In this document: positions 28,445 through 34,598 of the stretch, piece after piece
Layout of the letters: every line of letters starts with the position of its first letter
Numbering within the stretch: the first letter of the stretch is position 1
Source of the DNA: Escherichia coli
Lineage (GTDB): Bacteria; Pseudomonadota; Gammaproteobacteria; Enterobacterales; Enterobacteriaceae
Assembly (NCBI RefSeq): GCF_050320075.1
Contig: NZ_CP190018.1
Length of the DNA: 64,000 nt
Strand: one strand, 5' to 3'
Position numbers and translations under genes: made by a program
The notes under the pieces: model-generated
What the model saw: the letters and a program-made list of their open reading frames with translations, nothing else
Told to the model about the DNA's origin: nothing
The model's database searches: none

Positions 28445-28742
28445 ATGTTTGGTCACATGGTATAACTATCAAACCACTTAACGATTTCCTACGTGAAAGT
28501 TAGAAAGTGATAGTTATAGTTACCTTGTCAAATCTTCGTAGTCCCTTCTTAAAAAATCGTGAAAGGTAATCTTGTTATCTATACAGAATCTACGTAGATG
28601 CTTCTTAGTGCGCAAAACAGCTATTATGTTAAAAACGCACTGTATACGTATCAGTACTGATTTATAAGGGTTTTGTGTATTGGCTGATAAGAGGCTATAC
28701 AGCACCTTGAGAGCATGTCTTCTAAGTCATTGACATATAAGG

Positions 28743-28820
28743 TCACAGAAGTTTGTAGCTGTTACAGAGAAAACTGGATAGGACTTCACAGAACTATAAA
28801 ATGTTACAGCTATTGATAGG
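28743..28820 (+). repeat. Two tandem 43-bp units TCACAGAA..GTTACAG..GATAGG
   Basis: TCACAGAA at 28743 and 28786; GTTACAG at 28761 and 28803; GATAGG at 28777 and 28815. Confidence 0.65.
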
Positions 28821-28832
28821 TGAAATCTTCTT

Positions 28833-29050
28833 GATAGATGCTTTGAAGTGTGGTGAAGGCTTTTTGAGGTGGGGCTAAACAGATATCATGAAGAAAGTCA
28901 ATAGTTGATTCGGTTTATCGAATAAACCTCATAGATATTTTAAAATTCTGCAAAGGGGGTCACATAGCTGGTGTGACGGGTACTTAGCAGCTACAGACAT
29001 CTATCAGATATTTTTGAAGATTTTTAGAAGGGGAATTTGAAGAGGGGCTA
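28833..29050 (+). repeat. Two ~45-bp degenerate direct repeats ending in TTTGARGWGGGGCTA, 172 bp apart
   Basis: Copies at 28833-28877 and 29005-29050 align over TTTGAAG..GAAGG..TTTGA(G/A)G(T/A)GGGGCTA. Confidence 0.6.
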
Positions 29051-29249
29051 CTACGATTTTATAAAAATTTTCAGATTCTGAAAAGTTACTGTACAGAATA
29101 TGTACAGATATCTTTAAAGTATCTGTAAAAACTTTTAAGATAAAAGATAGATATCCCAGAAAGGATATCCGTTTAGAAAACCTATTAAGTATCTCTTAAA
29201 AGAGAGTAAACCTTGTCAAGAGTGATTGCAATAAAAATTTTTATTTCTT

Positions 29250-29912
29250 ATGTCAATTGAGTGTATTTTAATCGGGAAACATCATGGGGGTTCTGATTAC
29301 TGGAGAACTCCATTTTTGTTATTTAAGAACTTACACCGTGAATTTATTTTCAGTCTGGATGGTGCTGCAACTAAGCACGATACGTTATTACCCCGCTTTA
29401 CGGATGATATTCACAATCAGTCATGGGATGGTGAACGGGTATTCTGTAACCCACCATACAGCGACACTAAAACATTCCTCGTAAAAGCGTCTGAGGCAGA
29501 TTTATCGGTATTCCTGATACCGTACCGACCCCAAACCATATACTGGCTTAAGCACATCTTCACAAACCCGCTTTGCCATGAAATCCGTATTCTTCATCGT
29601 GCAGTTAAATACCTTCCACCAGCAGGGCATAACAGGCTTACTATTAGGTCGCCGTTTCCAAGTGCAGTCGTTGTTTTTAAAAAAGAACCACGCAGGCATG
29701 AAATTACGCAGATGGTTTGCTGTGCTGATACATTGCTACCGTTAACCATCATTAACAGAGGAGGCTTGAGAGGAAGGCCCACCATTTACCCACCTGAGAC
29801 GCTCGACAGCTTCATAAAACTATACAGGCAAGGCAAACCCATTAAGTGCATTGCAGATGCTCTCAGAATGCCTCTGAGCACGTCATACAGGATTGCTCAA
29901 AGGTTGAGCTAG
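29250..29912 (+). CDS. Phage Dam-family N6-adenine DNA methyltransferase with a C-terminal HTH extension
   Basis: GSDYWRTPFLLF..FSLDGAAT..W.GERVFCNPPYSD matches the phage N6A-MTase family (DxWxTP, LDxAA, NPPY). Residues ~170-220 (GRPTIYPPETLDSFIKLYRQGKPIKCIADALRMPLSTSYRIAQRL) look like a resolvase-type HTH. Confidence 0.75.
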   Translation: MSIECILIGKHHGGSDYWRTPFLLFKNLHREFIFSLDGAATKHDTLLPRFTDDIHNQSWDGERVFCNPPYSDTKTFLVKASEADLSVFLIPYRPQTIYWLKHIFTNPLCHEIRILHRAVKYLPPAGHNRLTIRSPFPSAVVVFKKEPRRHEITQMVCCADTLLPLTIINRGGLRGRPTIYPPETLDSFIKLYRQGKPIKCIADALRMPLSTSYRIAQRLS

Positions 29913-30016
29913 AATTCTCATAAATATGGTCATTTACAAGACAGGTGATTTAGATATTAAGAGGTATCCCTGTGAACAATAAATGACCAATCAGTAATTA
30001 TCCTGTGAAATAATTG

Positions 30017-30045
30017 TTGCAATTTATAATCACACATGGTATAGT
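30017..30045 (+). promoter_or_regulatory. Sigma-70 promoter with extended -10
   Basis: TTGCAA (30017-30022), 17 nt spacer containing TGg, then TATAGT (30040-30045). Confidence 0.6.
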
Positions 30046-30052
30046 TTCATAG

Positions 30053-30255
30053 TGGACTGATAAAAAAGTTCATGTCTTGAAGTGGTAACACTTGGGGAGG
30101 TGTCAGATGATTGACGTATATTAACCTCTCATTCATGGTAATACCTCAGCGTTTTAATCATCGTACTGTTTCAGGCATGGACTTCTTTATCAGTCCATCA
30201 ATCCCCCAGATATTTTAATCACACAGGCTAATCGGTTTTATCCGGTTGGCCTTTT
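30053..30255 (+). ncRNA. Structured ~200-nt leader or small RNA ending in an intrinsic terminator just upstream of rep
   Basis: 22-nt closing helix 30053-30074 / 30176-30197 (20 WC pairs, 1 GU, 1 AC). GNRA hairpin at 30080-30093. Hairpin at 30095-30130. Terminator stem 30226-30235 / 30242-30251 followed by TTTT. Confidence 0.5.
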
Positions 30256-30276
30256 CACGTATGAGGTAATTTATGA

Positions 30277-31245
30277 ATGAAAAAAGAAACTAATGCTTTT
30301 ATTATGGTAGATAAACGAGTTGCACAATTCCCTAAAACATTAAAGCCAATTGACCGCTTGGTATATTTCACTATGCTGGATGGTGCTGATTATTACGAAT
30401 CTAAGTTCGGGAGATACGCACCAAGTATTGACTATTTGATGGTTATGTCTGGTGCTACACGTAATACAGTTATTGATTCACTTAAGAGACTTGAGTCACA
30501 CAGACTTATCGAAAAGACCAATGTAAAGGGTCAGCAAAGTATTTTTAAAGTATTCACGTTGGATGAGCGTCCAGAGGTCTTATCAGAACCTACCCTTGAT
30601 GAGCGTCGTAGAGCTAAATTATCAGGTCAACCAGAATCTGACAGTAACCCAACCAAAAATTGGTTACCTACCCAACCAGAATTTGGTTACCTACCTAACC
30701 AGAATTTGGTTACATGTAATACTGAATATAAAGACAAAAATATAAATACTGAAGAAGAAAGACTAAAAGGGAACTTTGAAGAAGAATCTCTTAAGAAGGG
30801 AGCTTCGCTCTGTGATTCACATGAATGTGATATTAAAGAAGATGACTTTCTTTCTTTGGATGAATTAAATGATTTTCTCTCTATGAATGAATCTGGCCTT
30901 GATAGTGAAGCTACTAAAGAGGCTGTTAAAAAGGAAGATAAAATCTCTGATGTGAATATCGATAGTGACCATAAAAACACACAGTGCCCCGCCACTGATG
31001 ATGAGATGGACCCCTTCGATGATTACCTTGATGAAGAGTCAGAGCGTGAAAAAGCCATTAAGAGGGTAGAGAAGAAAAAGAGATTCGAGCTTGCAAGACA
31101 AAAGAACAAAGTATCGGGTTTAGACCCATTCGATGACAGTGACGATGATGACTTTTCTTTCACACCAAGAAAGAAACAAACTCAGGATGACAAGAAGCAA
31201 AAAATTAAACCGAAGATGTATTTTGCTGGTGGAGGTATGCGCTAA
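30277..31245 (+). CDS. Replication initiator (N-terminal winged-HTH, acidic C-terminal tail)
   Basis: 322 aa. The N-terminus ..IDRLVYFTMLDGADYY..YLMVMSGATRNTVIDSLKRLESHRLIEK.. resembles HTH_36-type Rep or lambda-O-like initiators. Iterons lie inside the ORF. SD GAGGT at 30263-30267. Confidence 0.55.
   Translation: MKKETNAFIMVDKRVAQFPKTLKPIDRLVYFTMLDGADYYESKFGRYAPSIDYLMVMSGATRNTVIDSLKRLESHRLIEKTNVKGQQSIFKVFTLDERPEVLSEPTLDERRRAKLSGQPESDSNPTKNWLPTQPEFGYLPNQNLVTCNTEYKDKNINTEEERLKGNFEEESLKKGASLCDSHECDIKEDDFLSLDELNDFLSMNESGLDSEATKEAVKKEDKISDVNIDSDHKNTQCPATDDEMDPFDDYLDEESEREKAIKRVEKKKRFELARQKNKVSGLDPFDDSDDDDFSFTPRKKQTQDDKKQKIKPKMYFAGGGMR
30629..30719 (+). repeat. Iteron array (candidate ori): three 23-bp units plus one degenerate unit, each with an AACCAnAAnTTGGTT palindrome, followed by an AT-rich tract
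   Basis: Units start at 30651, 30674 and 30697 (AACCA(A/G)AATTTGGTTACCTACC). Degenerate unit at 30629-30650. AT-rich tract at 30715-30760. Confidence 0.65.
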
Positions 31246-31541
31246 TGAAAGAATATCACGGTGAAAAGAGATACAAAGATTACCTGTTAAAGCGTTATAG
31301 CATTTCTCGTGAAGGCCACTTAATGAAGGATACTCACGGGGAAGTTTACCGGATTAGACCGAAGAAAGAAGGGAGGGATTATTTCTTTTACGATGGTGTG
31401 ACAGATTTAAAGATTGATGCTTTGAAGTTTGCGGCGCTGTATCATTATGATATCTGGGACTCAGTCCACCAGCTACGATTAAAAGACGGTGACCCCGGTA
31501 ATCTGAGGGCCACCAATATTATCAAGGGAAAGTGCCGGTAA
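31245..31541 (+). CDS. Hypothetical 98-aa protein, weakly NUMOD4/HNH_3-like (degenerate)
   Basis: ATGA overlap with the rep stop; GGAGG SD. YSISREGHL.. and VHQLRLKDGDPGNLRATNI loosely recall homing-endonuclease-type DNA-binding modules. Confidence 0.3.
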   Translation: MKEYHGEKRYKDYLLKRYSISREGHLMKDTHGEVYRIRPKKEGRDYFFYDGVTDLKIDALKFAALYHYDIWDSVHQLRLKDGDPGNLRATNIIKGKCR

Positions 31542-31550
31542 GTCCACCAG

Positions 31551-31727
31551 CTATTTATTTATTGAAATCTCTATCTCAACACGAAGAAGTTTAAGTCGAA
31601 TTGTAAGCTTTGTCTTTTTTGTAATGACTCGATTCATAACGCAAAACACCAATAGCACAATAAATACCGCAAAGCCCAACGAGCTAAAACGATGAGATTC
31701 AATAATTGCTGTGAAAAAATCATGCAT
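31551..31727 (-). CDS. Small single-pass membrane protein (58 aa)
   Basis: MHDFFTAIIESHRFSSLGFAVFIVLLVFCVMNRVITKKTKLTIRLK... AAGGA SD 6 nt upstream. Own promoter at 31778-31806 on the minus strand. Confidence 0.45.
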   Translation of the reverse strand: MHDFFTAIIESHRFSSLGFAVFIVLLVFCVMNRVITKKTKLTIRLKLLRVEIEISINK

Positions 31728-31777
31728 TAATTTTCCTTTTGCGAAAGGAAACAGCACCTGTATCAGCCCCTATAACC

Positions 31778-31828
31778 ATAATATCATGTAAATGAGATGT
31801 TGACAATATGTTAAATAAATGTTATGAT
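31778..31828. promoter_or_regulatory. Back-to-back divergent sigma-70 promoters with overlapping -35 hexamers
   Basis: Plus strand: TTGACA (31800-31805), 17 nt, TATGAT (31823-31828). Minus strand: TTGTCA (complement of 31801-31806), 17 nt, TATTAT (complement of 31778-31783). Confidence 0.65.
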
Positions 31829-31864
31829 TGTAGTATGAGTAAGAGATTTAAGGAGATTTTTACA

Positions 31865-32155
31865 ATGACTCACACAGTTACGCGCCTTTTGCCAGAGGCA
31901 TTTGAACGACTGGCAGCAATCAAAGCCAAATATCCCGATATGAAGCACACAGCGCTTGTTGGAGAGCTTTTAAAAGAGTCGGTAACCCTGACCCCTTTCG
32001 ATAACGTTAAGGGCGTTGCAGAGGGTTCTAAGGCCATCAGAATCACAACGGACCAACTGGAACTACTCAAAGCACAGTCCGCAGTAGCAGGTTGCTCAAT
32101 GATTCAGGTGTTAAGCGCAAAGGTCCATCAATTAGCGGATAGGCTGGGGGTTTAA
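31865..32155 (+). CDS. Tandem ribbon-helix-helix (RHH) protein, candidate switch repressor
   Basis: 96 aa. Two strand-helix-helix patterns (TVTRLLPEAFERLAAIKAKY..HTALVGELLKES and AIRITTDQLELLKAQSAVAG.SMIQVLSAKVHQLADRL). AAGGAG SD at 31850-31855. Confidence 0.4.
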   Translation: MTHTVTRLLPEAFERLAAIKAKYPDMKHTALVGELLKESVTLTPFDNVKGVAEGSKAIRITTDQLELLKAQSAVAGCSMIQVLSAKVHQLADRLGV

Positions 32156-32580
32156 TGCTATGCACATTTGATTATCATGCGTTTTATCGCCATAGAGGCC
32201 ACCTTGTCCGTGAGAATAGCGGAACATGGAAAGATTTAACTCGTAATGCTGAACCCTTCACACACCAGCAATTAAAATCCCGCTTCTCCAGATGGAAGAA
32301 TGCACCAGCAGATACTGGTGATTTTGAGATTATCCATACCTTCGATTATGCCTCAGAAGATGACCTTCACGATGCAATTAAGCTGATTGAAGACTTCAAT
32401 ACCTCAGAAGATGTGGATGGTGACAAATATAAATCCCGTGGTAACCGCTATAACCGTGATGATATCACTCAGGCCATAAATGCTGGTCAATCTCAGCGAT
32501 ACATTACAGAAAAATATGGTATTTCACGGAGACAGTATTTCTACGTTAAATCATTGATTAATAAAGACAATTCAAAATAA
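32155..32580 (+). CDS. Hypothetical 141-aa protein with C-terminal HTH
   Basis: TAATG overlap with the upstream gene. The C-terminus DDITQAINAGQSQRYITEKYGISRRQYFYVKSL resembles a resolvase/terminase-small-type HTH. Confidence 0.4.
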   Translation: MLCTFDYHAFYRHRGHLVRENSGTWKDLTRNAEPFTHQQLKSRFSRWKNAPADTGDFEIIHTFDYASEDDLHDAIKLIEDFNTSEDVDGDKYKSRGNRYNRDDITQAINAGQSQRYITEKYGISRRQYFYVKSLINKDNSK

Positions 32581-32741
32581 CCATCTCAGTAACGGTAGAA
32601 TGCACTTTACAGGCAGAGTTGCACCTTAATTTGATAAATTACCTTACCAGCCAGTGCAACTCCCTCTGTAACCCGCATGATTACTGGTCTCAGAATGGCT
32701 ATTTTAAGAGGTCTGAGATGTGTTTTGTAGGAGATTTAAAA

Positions 32742-33065
32742 ATGAACAACTTCCCATTACAGATTTTCGTTGATAACGACACCGCTATGATGGTGCAAAG
32801 CTTCAGTGATGCAGGTATTAGCATTGATTTTGACAGGCTGTTAAAGCTAATGGCTGATAATGAAGAAAACGTCTCTGACTTTATTCACTCGGTGGAGTTT
32901 AACGAGCCTCGAATGATGTTACCAATTACAGACAGTAATATGAAAAGATTGGTTATTGAGCAAACGAACAAATACAGTATTTCCCCAGAGCAATTTTTGA
33001 AAGGTGCTGTGACAATCCTGTACAGCGATAATATTTTGGTTACGGATTCCGTGAGGGTTCACTAA
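32742..33065 (+). CDS. Hypothetical 107-aa protein
   Basis: ATG at 32742 preceded by GTAGGAG. The longer ORF-track start (32619) lies in a structured non-coding leader. Confidence 0.45.
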   Translation: MNNFPLQIFVDNDTAMMVQSFSDAGISIDFDRLLKLMADNEENVSDFIHSVEFNEPRMMLPITDSNMKRLVIEQTNKYSISPEQFLKGAVTILYSDNILVTDSVRVH

Positions 33066-33142
33066 TGGGCTTAATAATTGCTTGGACGTTGCTTGGCTTA
33101 TTTGTTGGTTGCTGGGTAGGCAGCACAGTAAATAGAAATTGA
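33065..33142 (+). CDS. Possible 25-aa hydrophobic peptide MGLIIAWTLLGLFVGCWVGSTVNRN
   Basis: TAATG stop-start overlap with the upstream ORF. GAGGG lies 7 nt upstream. One predicted TM helix. Confidence 0.3.
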   Translation: MGLIIAWTLLGLFVGCWVGSTVNRN

Positions 33143-33166
33143 TGTTACCAATCTGTTAAAAAGCTG

Positions 33167-33195
33167 TTGACAAATAACCTTAAGCATGAGATGAT
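33167..33195 (+). promoter_or_regulatory. Candidate promoter, paralogous to the 31800 promoter
   Basis: TGTTGACAA..17 nt..GATGAT, compared with TGTTGACAA..17 nt..TATGAT at 31798-31828. Confidence 0.4.
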
Positions 33196-33636
33196 GGTAA
33201 TAGGGGAGAGCAACTCTCTCTTATTTTTCTTTCAAAATAATCCGATGGATGGATATTCTGAATTGGAAAGGTGCAATGCTTTTCGTCATGGCCTTTCAGT
33301 TTAGTCTGAGAGGCTATCTCAAAAAGTGCTTAATCATTCATTGAACCCTTTACAGCTTTGCCCTAACTCATGATTAGGGCTTTCTTTAAGAGTTTTTAAA
33401 CAGAGCTTTTAAAGAAAGTTTTTCCTGAAACTTCGTTAACGTTAAAGCAAACCTTCAAAGCCCTTCACAGATGAGGATGATTCCATGAATATCCGAATCA
33501 CCTATGTTTAGGGCTTTTTTCAGCTTTTAAAAAGCATACTTGGCAAACGCCTTTTAAGCCTCTTCTAAGTTCGAGGATGTCAGGTGTGCTTTTTAAAAAC
33601 TGAAACATAAATTATCTTAGAAGAGGAAAGGTATTA

Positions 33637-34341
33637 ATGGCTATCCGTGATGAAAATGAAATGATTATTGAAAACAAACCAAGTGCACTTGATATTCACG
33701 AATTAAGTTTGCGTGAATCTTTTGATAGAGCTTGGCGGGAATCACACGAAGTAAATAAAGGTCCATATATTCCACCAGAACCACTCGAGATTCCAAGAGT
33801 TGAAATTGATTTTTCTATGAACGAACGGTGTGAACTTGATTTGAAGTTGAAGCTACAACGCCGATATTTCCAAGCTATTAAAGACTCTCAAGAAGCAATG
33901 AGAAGTGTTTATGAGAAAATTCAGTCCAAGCTTGAAGACGAAATTGACGAAATGGCTATTTTGATGGAGCTTCAAACCAATCCTTATGCTTATTTCTCTC
34001 GACTAGACCGTGACGGTTGGGGGTATGACCCTGTAGAGATTGGTAAAGTGATTGCAGATTTACCAGAAGGTCAAAGGGTTATTCGTACGGAAAGGGCCAT
34101 CAGAGCGCCACATCAACTGTCTCTAATTGTTGCTGATAAATCACAAGCTGAGCTTGAAGAAATTGCCAAAGAGAAACTGATGAAAGCAAGAGAAAATGAG
34201 ATTAATTTGCTGAAATCAAGACTGGCTAAGCTGATTAGTGACCATCAAGCGCTGGCTAAGGAGTACCGTCAAGAGTTGGCACAGATTATCAGCTTCAATG
34301 ATTTTCTGAGTGTTCCACGAGAATTTAGCAAGGCTGTTTGA
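33637..34341 (+). CDS. Hypothetical 234-aa coiled-coil-rich protein
   Basis: Good SD (GAGGAAAGG). Charged heptad-like C-terminal third. No family recognised. Confidence 0.5.
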   Translation: MAIRDENEMIIENKPSALDIHELSLRESFDRAWRESHEVNKGPYIPPEPLEIPRVEIDFSMNERCELDLKLKLQRRYFQAIKDSQEAMRSVYEKIQSKLEDEIDEMAILMELQTNPYAYFSRLDRDGWGYDPVEIGKVIADLPEGQRVIRTERAIRAPHQLSLIVADKSQAELEEIAKEKLMKARENEINLLKSRLAKLISDHQALAKEYRQELAQIISFNDFLSVPREFSKAV

Positions 34342-34364
34342 TTATGAATTAAAAGAGGTGATTA

Positions 34365-34583
34365 ATGTATGAAGACCGTTTGGAAACTATCAAGGCAGTT
34401 TGTGAAAAACTTAAAAACCAACCACGTAAACCAAAAACGGTAAAGAGTAAGCATCAGCCTGTCACCTCAAACAGCAAAATAAAGATTCGCAAAATTCCTT
34501 CGTGGTGCATTGACCGTATTCCGGTTGGTTCAAGAATTATTCGTGAAGATGGTGATTATCATTGGGTATCAGTTGTTGGTTAG
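34365..34583 (+). CDS. Hypothetical 72-aa basic protein
   Basis: AAGAGGTG SD. No family recognised. Confidence 0.45.
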   Translation: MYEDRLETIKAVCEKLKNQPRKPKTVKSKHQPVTSNSKIKIRKIPSWCIDRIPVGSRIIREDGDYHWVSVVG

Positions 34584-34598
34584 TTAGTAAAAATCTAC

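Noticed and set aside
28520-28705. 61-aa ORF (minus strand) in the large non-coding region of the element
   Set aside because: It has a GTG start with no usable SD and no recognisable fold pattern. It overlaps the repeat families, so I treated the region as non-coding.
28715-28816. 33-aa Cys-containing ORF (MSSKSLTYKVTEVCSCYRENWIGLHRTIKCYSY) overlapping the 43-bp tandem units
   Set aside because: It has no convincing SD, and the repeats are better explained as DNA-level binding sites. I kept it only as a remote possibility.
30053-30197. Retron msr/msd-like RNA (long inverted repeats flanking a structured core)
   Set aside because: There is no reverse transcriptase gene in the element or nearby. 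The structure ends in a terminator directly before rep, so a regulatory leader or sRNA is more parsimonious.
30563-30745. 60-aa alternative-frame ORF across the iterons
   Set aside because: It is an artefact of the repeated DNA inside the rep ORF. The rep frame is continuous and has a proper SD.
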